NCBI GenBank assembly: GCA_964016885.1
Contig: OZ024742.1
Span: 234,422,001 to 234,486,000 of the forward strand
Reading direction: 5' to 3'
Length of the DNA: 64,000 nt
Source of the DNA: Eledone cirrhosa
Lineage: Eukaryota
Part shown: piece by piece, positions 52,359 through 64,000 of the stretch
Layout of the letters: each line of letters starts with the position of its first letter
Position numbering within the stretch: the first letter of the stretch is position 1
Made by a program: the position numbers and the translations under genes
The notes under the pieces: model-generated
What the model saw: the letters and a program-made list of their open reading frames with translations, nothing else
The model's database searches: none
What the model was told of the DNA's origin: nothing

Positions 52359-52685
52359 CTTCAGCCTAGCAATAGCGAGAGAATTAAGTCTTAGTAACCA
52401 GATTCCGCTTATATTTCTTTTCCCTCTCAGTACCTTTTACAGTTTTACATTTTCATCGTTCTACTCACCGTATTGATCTCCTCCCCCTCCCCCTCCTCCT
52501 CTTTGACCTCACACCCAGCTGTAGCTGGCACCACCAACGCATGAATGGGTCTACTCCGCCCCCTCTCCCCTTTTCTCCTACTGGCAGGTTTGGCTACTTC
52601 CCCCACCAACTTGCCATCGCAGAATTACTACTACCTTGTGGTATGACCAATCCTGGTGATTATCTCTTTGACCATATATGGAATT

Positions 52686-52780
52686 GCCCCTTGACAAGTT
52701 CGGCTATTTAAATACCAGAACTGATTTTTCAGTCAGTACAGAATTAGCCGTCGAAACGGCTTGAACTCAGCCGTCGGGGT
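52686..52780 (+). ncRNA. Type I hammerhead ribozyme with U3-A8 core variant
   Basis: GCCCC-TTGACAA-GTTCGGCTA...TAGCCGTC-GAAA-CGGCT TGAACTC AGCCG-TC-GGGGT. Confidence 0.75.
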
Positions 52781-53539
52781 CTTACTTACTCCTATATATA
52801 TCTGATTATTCTACTATATTTAGCTCTAGACCTAGCTATTGACCAGTTAATTTTATTGTTCATTTTTTGTCGATTCTATTAAATGATGAATAGCTCCTGT
52901 TTATTTTAACATGTCTATTGAGCACTCTTATCCGATATGTGTATTTCCACATTTTCCCGAATATTTTTCGCGGATATAGAGGTTATCTCCCTTGCTGAAT
53001 TCCATGTGCGTATTTAGCCTGGGTTATGCCTTTTCATTCGTTTGGACAAAGCTCGTTGAGGAAGAAAACTCCCGTCCGCTGGCACCTAGAAGTCTTATAT
53101 ATTTTTATGTGAGCTGATAGAGGACAGTTTAAGGATTTACAGAAACCCAAGAAGCTAGATTTACCATCTTTCTAGCGGGTCCGGGTATGCTTTTTACATT
53201 CATTTGATTTATTGATTTATTGATTTTTTATCTGAGTGTCCCAAATCTTCCAGATCGCAATTTTTCGGTTGTATGGTTGATTATAGACTTGTTCTATGTG
53301 TGACGGTATTTTAACGATAGTTATAGCTCTGATTTATCTAAATTATTGAGCCCTCTGCCGCTCATATCGAATTTTGTTTATCGTGAACTCGTGCGCCGAT
53401 TTTTCGATACTCGATTATTCTACTATATATATATATATATATGTATGTATGGTGCTTTTTCCTTATATATGTGTATATGTGTGTGTGTGTGTGTGTGTAT
53501 ATATATGTATGTGTGTGTATGTATATGTATATATTTGTT

Positions 53540-53590
<51 letters not shown>

Positions 53591-53768
53591 TTGTGTGTAT
53601 GTGTGTGTATATGTATATATATATATATATGTGTGTGTATATGTATGTATTATATATATATATATATATATGTGTATATATATGTATGTGTATATGTATG
53701 TATTTGTATACACATGTATATTTGTGTGTATGTATGTATGTGTGTGAGTGTATATATATGTGTATATA

Positions 53769-53800
<32 letters not shown>

Positions 53801-53802
53801 TA

Positions 53803-53857
<55 letters not shown>

Positions 53858-53929
53858 ATATATATATATATATAAATATATTTATATATGTGTGTGTGTT
53901 TTTATGTGTGTATATGTGTATGTGTGTTT

Positions 53930-54558
53930 ATGGTTGCGTGCGAGTGTGTGAGTGAGTGTGTTTTTTTGTGAATGTGTCTGTTGATTTTTGGCATATAGTT
54001 GATTAGTTTAAGAGAAGTTGGAAGATAATTGTAAGATATGCACTCAGTATTTTGAATCTGTCTACAGAATTCTCTAAACCTTTGTCACTTAGTAGAACCT
54101 TAATGAATTTAGCTTTTAAAGAATCTCCCTTTCCTTTAATTCTATCTACCATGACTGACCCCCCACTGATCTTATAGACATCTGTTAGCTTAAGAGAAAC
54201 TTAATGACAAGGAATGGTATGCCATCCGGAACCTGTTTATAGAATTCTGTCTGCCTTTGTTACTAAAAACAAAAATTAATAATAAAAATAAACTATAGCT
54301 TTGTAGAATTAGCTTTTAATGAATTCCTTTTCTATCAACCAATGACCTACACCCATCCCACTCCCCACCCTCTCCTACCACTTGTAGAGACCTATAAATA
54401 CCATATTTATTTTTTGATACCCAGATTCCTGATGATTTCTAAAGAATGAAACAGTTCTAGTCCTGTAGAATCTCATCTATATTAAAACTTTTATACTCTG
54501 CAATGTATTGAGTACCTTACTTACTGTGGTTACCTCCGATTCAACCCGGAATAACGTA
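53930..54558 (+). mobile_element. Penelope A pLTR, forward copy
   Basis: Matches the reverse complement of 7044-7680. Confidence 0.8.
54423..54473 (+). ncRNA. Type I hammerhead (family 1); predicted cleavage after A54467
   Basis: Stem I AGATTC/GAATCT, core CTGATGA/GAAA, stem III ACAG/CTGT. Confidence 0.8.
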
Positions 54559-54559
54559 C

Positions 54560-54621
<62 letters not shown>

Positions 54622-54778
54622 CAAAGAAAGTGTGGTAAGAAACAAGGTGGACCATAACGCACCAGAGTACTCGATACTTAGGGTAGTAGAGTAGAGTAGG
54701 TAATAGTAAAGAGTCAGGACCCCGATGGCTGAGCTCCGGCTGTTTCAACTCTTTACTATATATATATATATATATATA

Positions 54779-54835
<57 letters not shown>

Positions 54836-54889
54836 TCATCATCGTTTAACGTCCATTTTCCACGCTAGCATGGGTCTGGACCATATGTA

Positions 54890-54942
<53 letters not shown>

Positions 54943-54946
54943 GCAT

Positions 54947-56378
54947 ATATCCAGTATCGTCCTCCAGTTGCTTGACGTATGTCTTCTTGGGATGACCAGT
55001 GTTTCTTGCTCCATGAGATGGACTCCAGAACAACACATCACCTGCTATTTCTTCCTCGCTGCGCCAACAGTGGCCAGCAAATCTGAGTCTCTGTCCACGT
55101 ATTGACCTGCTGATAGGTGGTATATTGCCATAGTGATCCTTATTTGTTGGGTGTTCCCACCAAGACACGTTTAAAGCAGCGCGGAGCATACGTGTGTATG
55201 CCCCGTCTAGCTTTTTCTCCAGTTTCGACGTTAGCGTCCAAGTGATAGAGCCATAAACAAGCACAGACTCCACAGCAGCTCTGAAGAAATTCCTTTTCAG
55301 TTTGGCCGGCAGGTTTAATTTCCATATCTTTTCCATTGCATTCAATGCTGCCCAGGCTTTTCCTAGTCTGATGTTAACATCATGTTCTGTGGAGGCGATA
55401 TAGCTACCCAGGTATTTGAAGTCGTCAACTTGCTTGATTATATCGCCATTTAGACTTTGTATACCAACTGAGGAGTCTTGGTTCAGGCAAATATATCTTG
55501 TTTTGCCTGCGTTGACATAGAGTCCGATTTCCTTTGCAACTGATTCGATGCTGTGAAGTAGTGATGTTGCATCCTTAAGGTAGTCAGCGAGGACCGCTAA
55601 ATCATCCGCATAGTCAGCATTGGTGATTTTCTGAGCTGCATGGCGTCTACACTTTCGCTTTGTGAGAGTGAAACCAAGCTCGAAGTTTTCGTCCAGGGCT
55701 TTTCTCAATACATAGTCGAGGCAGATGATAAATACCCTTGGAGTACTGCTGCAATGATGTCAAAGAAGTTGGTATCTCCATCAGGTGAGCACACCATTGC
55801 GCGGGTGTTTTTATATAACATCATGATGGCATTTACTGTTTCCCTTGGCAAGCCGTAGGCTAGAAGTATCTCTCTCATCCTCCTACGATGGATGGAATCG
55901 AATGCTTTTGAAAAATCAATAAACAGGAGAGTTGCTGGGAGGTTTTGGGCTTTTACGCCTTCCAAGATACGCCGAATTGTAAGTATTTGCCCTGATGTTG
56001 ATATGTTGGTGCGGAAGCCATTTTGGTTTTTTCTCAGCAAGGGGTCAATGACAGGTCTTATTCTGTCAAACAGCATGAGATTGTATATCTTTGCGGCAAT
56101 TGCCATTAGTGTTATGCCACGATAGTTTTTAGCCATTCCAAGATCGCCCTTTTAGGGAAAAGGGAGTATACATCCCTCAGTCCATTTGTCTATGGGGTCT
56201 TGATTATAGACACCATTACATCTCATGGAGCAAGAAACGCTGGTTGTCCCAAGAAGACATACGTCAAGCAACTTGAGGACGATACTGGATGTACTGCGGA
56301 AGAACTGGCAAACGCTATGAGAGACAGAGATGGATGGAAGAAGTGTGTCGTAGAAAGCCGAGCAAGCTCGACCTGATG
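54947..56378. mobile_element. RTE-like LINE (no PHD) with 5' inversion: RT on minus 56220-54947, 3' end on plus 56221-56378
   Basis: NYRGITL, QNGFR, DFSKAFD, YADD, FKYLGS, RLRFAGH; 56221-56291 is the reverse complement of 54947-55017. Confidence 0.85.
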
Positions 56379-56887
56379 TTGTATATATATATATATGTAT
56401 ATATATGTATATATGTATGCGTGTGTGTCTGTGTATATTGATATGTATATATATTTATATCATCATCACCATTTCCCATGTTGGTATAGGTTAGATTGTT
56501 TGTCTACCTACTGAGATTTAATTACCCTTTTAACAACAATTAATTATATACCTTCATAAATACCTTTGATGGATGCAAGTGCTAGATACAAATTATAAAC
56601 AGTTTTCTTATAATATTTACACCTGAAGAGGTCACCAGGTTCTTACGCAACCTGGCCACTGAAATGTACATAGCTTTTACAGTAATAAAAAATTAATGAA
56701 ATTCAACATATTTGGCCTCCTGTCATTTCACTATATAATACATTTACTCCGTTCCCGCAGATGATGGATGAGTTGCATAACGTTGAGTGCTTTTCTCATA
56801 TTACGTCATGATTAACATTGCAGAATGACCAATTCTACCCAGTGCTAAACCACCAAATTTAAATGTGTATATATATATATATATATA

Positions 56888-57430
56888 CAATTTAAACCAT
56901 AGATAAATGACAAGATATGATGCCTATTCACAAAATTTCAGCAAATTTCAATAATATTAAGACACCCTAATGGGGGTTAAGCCCCCTACTAGGGTTCCCT
57001 GGCGGCACAAACCCCCACTGAAAATTTTTTTCCTTCGATTTATATGAAATTTAAACCATAGGCAAGATATGATGAAATTTAAACCATAGGCAAGATATGA
57101 TGAAATTTAAACCATAGGCAAGATATGATGAAATTTAAACCATAGGTAAGATATGATGAAATTTAAACCATAGGCAAGATATGATGAAATTTAAACCATA
57201 GGCAAGATATGATGAAATTTAAACCATAGGTAAGATATGATGAAATTTAAACCATAGGCAAGATATGATGAAATTTAAACCATAGGCAAGATATGATGAA
57301 ATTTAAACCATAGGCAAGATATGATGAAATTTAAACCATAGGCAAGATATGATGAAATTTAAACCATAGGCCAGATATGATGCCTATTCACAAAAGTTTT
57401 GAATTGATATTTAAAAAAAAATATCAATAT
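56888..57430 (+). mobile_element. Internal fragment of the 42832-43616 Helitron family with a 28-bp minisatellite (57044-57382, ~12 units)
   Basis: Flanks match 43030-43410; unit ATGAAATTTAAACCATAGGCAAGATATG. Confidence 0.85.
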
Positions 57431-57676
57431 ATATATACACCCTTGCAAGCAGGGAAAAGCAAACGTAAAATGATGATGATGATGTAAATGTCCATTTACA
57501 GTCCACACTGTAAATGTGGTTGGTGTTAGGAAGGGCATCCAGCCGTAGAAAACCTGCCAGATAGTCCTATACGAGTGAGGTACGGTCACCCGGCCAATCT
57601 TGCCTCAAATTGGGACAACTCCCGTCTAACCCATGCTGGCGTGGAAGATAGACGTTAAACGATGATGGTGATGATG

Positions 57677-57735
<59 letters not shown>

Positions 57736-58432
57736 AGAGAGAGAGAGAGACAAAATATACATATACTTTAATAGTCAGAACAGAAAAAATGCTTATTGTA
57801 AAAATATTTTCAAAATAAAATAAGTTTATGTTGAATATATATATATATTTCATCTTTAGATATAAAATAATATTTTATATTTGAAAAAATATCTTCTATG
57901 CATGGTACTTATAGTCATGGTGTGATTTTATTTTAACAGCAGCTCGCTGAAGTTAACTTTGAAATCAAATTGTTTGTGTTCTTTTATAGTCTTCTCTCCT
58001 CTTTTTCTATATATATATGTTGTGTGTCTGTATATGAGTGTGTGTCTGTGTATACTGGTATAAATACTGAAATGTATCTACTTATCTCACTCACATAAAC
58101 CCAAGAAGTTCAATAAGAGTGATTATTTAATTCTAGTTTTATCGTATTAATACAGAGTAGCTCCTGAGTAAAACGTCAGTTTATTGCAGCTTACTTTCTC
58201 TGATTTGGTAGTTATTTATGATCTTCTTCTTCTTGCTCTTGTTCAACGAGGCCGGGGGTTATCCTAAGCCAACAATTCCAAAGCTTAGACTTATCCATGA
58301 TAGTGAATTAAAATAAGTGAGCTGTATATGAGTAGTTCATCATCATCACGTAACTCGGTGATTATGATGAGGATGATGATGATAATGATGAACTATTCAT
58401 ATACACAACAAAATGCTTGCAGTTTGTTTGAA

Positions 58433-58989
58433 TTAACCCTTTAATATTCAAACCGGCCAGAATTATCTACATTTTTCTATTGAAACTGGTCACTCAAACT
58501 GATGTTAAGGTATTGTTCTCAAAATAAATACTTTCAAAATCTCATTTGATATTATATGAGATAATTATGTGAGGTAAAGCTTTTACCATGAAAATATAAT
58601 AGTATATCTAGAGTATGGATGGAGGCACATGGCTTAGTGGTTAGAGCATTGGCCTTGCAATCGAAAGGTTGTGAGTTCAATTCTCAGACCGGGTGATGTG
58701 TTGTTTCCTTGAGCAAGACACTTTATTTCACATTGCTCCAGTTTACTCAGCTGTAGAAATGAGATGATAGAGACTGAGGTCCATATCATTCCACTGCAAA
58801 GTGGTCGTGAAGGTGCCACGGCAAAAAGGCACCCAGCACTCACTGTAAATGAGGTTGGTGTTAGGAAGGGCATCCAGCTGTAGAAATCAAGCCAGAATCA
58901 GTTCCCGTCCCACCCTTGCAAGCAGGGAAAAAGCGGACGTAAAATGAAATGATGATGATGATGAGAGTAATGTGAATGCTAAAGGGTTA
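58433..58989. mobile_element. TTAA-flanked piggyBac-like MITE with nested CORE SINE (58621-58962)
   Basis: TTAACCCTTTAATATTCA ... TGAATGCTAAAGGGTTAA; body homologous to 27759-27954. Confidence 0.65.
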
Positions 58990-58999
58990 AAGACCTCTG

Positions 59000-59660
59000 T
59001 GTTAATCCTTTTTTAAACCACAAGCCCGCCAATCCCGGCCGCCCCATCGTCTTAGTGTGTAATTGCTCTACTGAACTTTGTTTCTCCTTTCTTGATTCTG
59101 TATTCTCCATCCTGGTAGCCACCTGACCATCTCTTATTTCTGACACCAACCATGCCTTCCACTTCTTCGACTGCTTCATCTTCCCACATGGCTCCCCACC
59201 CCTACTTTTAACCCTCGATATCAAATCCCTATACACTGTCATCCCCATACCGAAGGTCTCCTGGCCCTACAACACTTCCTTAAACTTCGCCCCCTCCCCT
59301 CTACTTTCTACCTCTATCCTTATTTGCTTAACTGAGTTGGTCCTCCCCCTCAACTGTTTCTCCTTCTCGAGTGAGATTTACCAACAGATGATGGGGAACG
59401 CCATGAGTACAAGAATAGGCCCCAGCTATGCCAACTTATTTGTTGGCTATGTTGAGCCTCAAATATTTTCACAATACTCTGGCCCAAGCCCCAAGCTGTA
59501 CGGTTGTTACATTGATGACTGTTTTGGTGCCACATCTTTCACCTGAGCCACATCTCTCACCTGCTCCTTCCATCCCACCCTCAAGTACGCCACCTCTATC
59601 TCCACTTCTTCTGTTAACTTCCTGGACATCTCTGTAACCATTGACCTCTCCAATTGCTCC
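59000..59660 (+). pseudogene. Degenerate Penelope-like RT (family D)
   Basis: TLDIKSLYTVIP, LNCFSF..YQQ..G.AMST..GPSYANLF, YIDD, VNFLDI; frameshifts. Confidence 0.8.
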
Positions 59661-60215
59661 ATCATCACCCCTTCAAGCCCCTGGACTCCCTCGACTTCTC
59701 CTCTCCTTTGTTGTTGTTATTGCAATTGTCTTGAATGTAGCTATCATCAAACTGTTTATATCGTCCTCCCTCAGAATTCCATTTATTGCTGCGACTATTT
59801 GTTGAAATCTAGCTACACATAGACTATTGTCTGGTGCAGGTCTCCCCACAACACAGTCGAAGGATTATCCTTATAGTAATTTATGTCCCTAATTCCGTGG
59901 GGGGTTACATGAGTCCAGATTTACTATTAGATAGCACTTCGCTCCCGAAAATATATACACAACAGCTGGAAAAGACCCTTTAGGAACTTATATGTCTACC
60001 GGGTGCATGTACAGAAGGATGTGTTTTTCTGTCTGTGGCATATCACAAAATCGAATTTCATCTGAGGATACATACCATTCTCATAACAACAACAAATACA
60101 TGAATTACATCTTGGATTGCATGAGAGAACCGTTGAGATATTTATTATGAATAAATGATTTATGTAACATCAGCATCTTTCTTAATGTTATTCTTATATA
60201 TACATACATATATAT

Positions 60216-60616
60216 GGAGGCACATGGCTTAGTGGTTAGAGCATTGGCCTTGCAATCGAAAGGTTGTGAGTTCAATTCTCAGACCGGGTGATGTGTTGTT
60301 TCCTTGAGCAAGACACTTTATTTCACATTGCTCCAGTTTACTCAGCTGTAGAAATGAGATGATAGGGACTGGGGTCCCTATCATTCCACTGCAAAGTGGT
60401 CGTGGAGGTGCCACGGCAAAAAAGCACCCAGCACTCACTGTAAATGAGGTTGGTGTTAGGAAGGGCATCCAGCTGTAGAAATCAAGCCAAAATCAGTTCC
60501 TGTATGAGCAAGGCATGGTCAGCCGACCAGACACTGCCCACAACAGGACAACCCGTCTAACCCATGCTAGCATGGAAGAACGGACGTAAAAACAGTGATG
60601 ATGATGATAATGATGA
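60216..60616 (+). mobile_element. CORE-type SINE family A with subfamily-1 RTE tail
   Basis: 3' ~220 bp nearly identical to the RTE 3' UTR in 16250-16513. Confidence 0.88.
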
Positions 60617-60875
60617 TATATATATATATTGTACACCAATTTTCCTTGCTTATAACTTTTTTGCCTGTGTTTTTTTTGCTTGAGATTTTTTTGCATGTGC
60701 TTTTTACTTATACCTATTACATTTCCAACCAGCGCTGCCTGTAATTGTGTTCTTTCAAGCAGAACATCTTTTTAACTCCCGACTCTCCACATGATGCCTA
60801 TGACACTAACAACAATTATGTACCCTAAATGTTCTAAATGACTAGGATTTTAGTAACATGTTTCCACATTCCTTA

Positions 60876-60922
60876 TGCTCTGATGATATCAGACTTCCTT
60901 CTGGAAGAAACAATTGTTAGCA
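60876..60922 (+). ncRNA. Minimal type I hammerhead
   Basis: TGCT-CTGATGA-TATCAGA CTTCCT TCTGGAA-GAAAC AATT GT-T-AGCA, then AATAAA. Confidence 0.65.
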
Positions 60923-60962
60923 AATAAATGTTCTAAACTAAAATTTGATCGTTTTAACACTT

Positions 60963-61018
<56 letters not shown>

Positions 61019-64000
61019 ATGGGTTATCCTCAGCAGTAATTGAACTTTACACTGAAGGCCAAGAAATTGTTGTTGTAGACTACAACAATGAACTCTATCA
61101 CCCACCATACCTACTTAGAGCTAGGTGAACTCAGCCATTAAGAGCTAAATGTTTTGGCCATAGACATGATTTTGTGCTTGTAACAAAGTATAAATCATTA
61201 ACCACTTGATTGGTTGTCTGATACACAAATGACTTAGTTTTCCATATCTTCAAGACCTATAAGCTGGAAATACTTTTTGTACTCATACATTTTACCTATA
61301 ACAATGAATTGATTAACAAGTCAATATGTGGAATACAAATAGAGTAACACTAAGATTTTGATGTGTCAAGTTCACTACTTTACATTGATTAAATTTTATT
61401 TCTTTTATGTTACTATGAATTTCAGCTGGGCAATTTATTATGATATTGTATAATTAGAAGTTGGTATGGTAATGTAGATCCTGTTAATGACTTTATTGTT
61501 ACTATCCATAAATTTGATTATGAATGTTGTGGTTTAGCCCTAAATCAGCCTTCATTGAACATAGCTATCATCAAAGGTAGTCCATTTGTGACCATCTCAT
61601 CTATTTTTTTTTTCAAACATAAAATTCTATAGCGTGATTTGAAGGACATTAGACTATTATTTCTAGCAGGTCAAGCAGACATAGTGCTGTTTTGTACTTT
61701 TTAAGAATGTCTTGTTAATATAGTTTCATGTGATGTAGAATGTTAAGAGTTAAAGAAGAATTTAGCTTACAGGTAGAAAACACATCTGCACTATGTCCCC
61801 CCCCCCCCCCCCCCCCCATCATATTCCTTGAGGTAAATTCTCAGGAGTTCAAGATATGGCTGACACCAAATATTTTCCTATGGTGATAAAAAGATTACAT
61901 ATTGCTGGACCTGTCAAAGAGAGACAGGAAAAGTTGAAAGTGTAAAGATAGATGGCTTAAAGTTAAAACAGCTAGAAATGAACATATTTTCCACAGTATA
62001 AGTTAGTAACATAAAATTAGTTGTCTCATAATACCATATCTATTCTTAGTGGTTAATACGTTGAACTCATGAGTGTAAAGTTCTAAGTTCGATTCCCAGC
62101 TGCATAAAGCTGTGCCCTTGGGCAAGACATCTTATTTAACATTGCTCCAGTTCATTCAGCTGGAAAAAATGAGTTGTACCTGTAATTCAAACAGCAAGCT
62201 CTGTCACATCTTGTGTCACACTGAATTAGCCTGAGAACTACATTGAGAGTACACATGTTAGTGGAATGTTCAGCCACTTATATGTTAATTTCACTAGCAG
62301 GCTGTTACATTGATCAAATCAACTGGAACACATATTGTTGGAACTTTCAGGTATTTAACCTCTAAAATGCTGGCAATAAGGTATAAACCATTGACCACAC
62401 AACAAATAAGGATTGCTTTTTACTTGGACAGCTGTATGTCACTTTTTTTCTTTCTTTCTGGAGATTAACCTTTTTTAACCATATTTTTTAATGAAATACA
62501 CTGCATTTTAATTAATTAGGAAATAATTTACTAAAATTATTAATTATTTCATTATTTGTAATAAAACTTAAAAGATTCTTATATAAAATTATGTTGGAAG
62601 ATTACCAAAAAACCATCTAGATGGTCACTCAACCAGTTAGAATTACGGGCCCATTCCCAAGGGGGTGCACTGGATAGTTCTGTCCTCTCTACTTTTCAAA
62701 TTTAAAAACATTTATAGTGATAAGCTGATTCTGAAACTTCACCTTAGAATTATTGTGAATTAGCATGTCACCCAGAATATTCTGAAGCCCCCTCCCCACC
62801 ACCAAAGCCTAGCATCAGGCTTGTAGAAATAACAACCAAATATCATGCTATATTATGTTAAGAAAAAGGACACAAATGTAATCCTAGATACACTATGCCT
62901 GAAAAAAAACAACAAAAATAAAACAAACTAACAACAACAGAAGACTAGATTATCACACCTGGAATATCTTTAATCAGGGCCAGCTTAATCAGGGTCTACC
63001 TGGGACTAGACAACTACAACAGATTGGAACTTGACTCAAGTCTTTATGCATTCAGACATATTGCACACTCTAAGCTATTATGACATATATTTTGTGATCA
63101 AATTATTAATGTGCTTCAGTTATATATTATTTTTGTTAAACTTAGTAGATTGGTGGAGTCAGTGTTTAGTTCTGTGCTCCTTTATTCAGGATTCTAAGTT
63201 TCAATTCTGCCTAGATTAACTTAGTCTTTTATGCCTCGGCTGTCAATAAAATAAGTACCATTCATATATTGGGTTGATCTTGTCAACTTCCAATCTATGA
63301 CCTTAGACCAAATATGTTGTTTATCCATTTGACTGCACCACTTCTCCCTTCCCATACAAAATAATCTAACTTGCTTATTTTACTCTTTTATTCCAGTCTG
63401 CCAACCTTAGCAGGAAGAAGATAATCCACTACACCAGTTTAGATGGCCGTAAGAGAGTGAATGCTGCATTTTTGATTGGATCTTATGCGGTAAGACTTAC
63501 TTCTGATTAAGTTTGTTTTTTCATTTGCTAGGTCTAGAGGATGGGCAAGTGCTCATGGCTTTTTCAGGACCTCCAAGACTCATGTTTTAATGTTGTTGAT
63601 CTTCCACATAAACTGATACATTTCAATGCCTGTAAGAAAGATGTGAGCAAGGTGAGAATTCTAGGTCAACATTCTAGACAGGAAGGACTGAATGTAGTTG
63701 TTAGTACAGGGTCTGCATGGTTGGACACAACATGGGTGATGAGAGGAGAGACAAAGAAATCAAGACTGTCTAGTTGGAGGTGACTTGAGGCCAGCTTGCT
63801 TCAAGATGCAGAGGCCATTGTGGTAGCAACCGAAATGGCAGAGAGAGGAGACTGAACATCTGTGGATCAGAGGCTGGAATGTGCTGTGAGTGTTAGACAG
63901 AAAATAGAAAAGGAGACAAGGAGAAAGATAATGAGGGTAAAAGTAGAGTAGATGAGAGAGAGGGTTGTTACTCCAGTTGAGTTGATGTTTCTCGTCAACA

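Noticed and set aside
51254-52476. Three overlapping hydrophobic ORFs (236-371 aa) and a CRISPR-like periodicity
   Set aside because: Product of a 35-bp tandem repeat with no unique spacers; eukaryotic context and no cas genes
63400-64000. Possible old LINE fragment on the minus strand
   Set aside because: Composition is suggestive but no diagnostic motif could be read

Overview
Eukaryotic, AT-rich, transposon-saturated window with no recognisable host protein-coding exon. The repeat families (RTE LINEs with (GAT)n tails, CORE-type tRNA SINEs, extensive (TA)n/(TG)n tracts) suggest an octopus/cephalopod genome; this is an inference. Contents: one apparently intact 1039-aa RTE LINE (APE + RT with a PHD-type finger inside the RT) plus several truncated or deleted relatives, at least 4 Penelope-like element (PLE; RT + GIY-YIG) families, a Buster-type hAT transposon with an 8-bp TSD, two non-autonomous Helitrons, remnants of a CRE-like retrotransposon, SINEs/MITEs, a U2 5' fragment and several minisatellites. 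The most notable hidden structure is about 13 well-formed and about 5 decayed type I hammerhead ribozyme motifs (one with a U3-A8 core swap), found in PLE 3' repeats and fold-back palindromes. Two large composite PLE insertions (about 7.0-19.8 kb and 44.7-54.6 kb) appear to carry a conserved complex microsatellite in their 3' repeat, and many other retroelements have inserted into it. All structures were folded and aligned by eye, so coordinates are approximate to a few nt.
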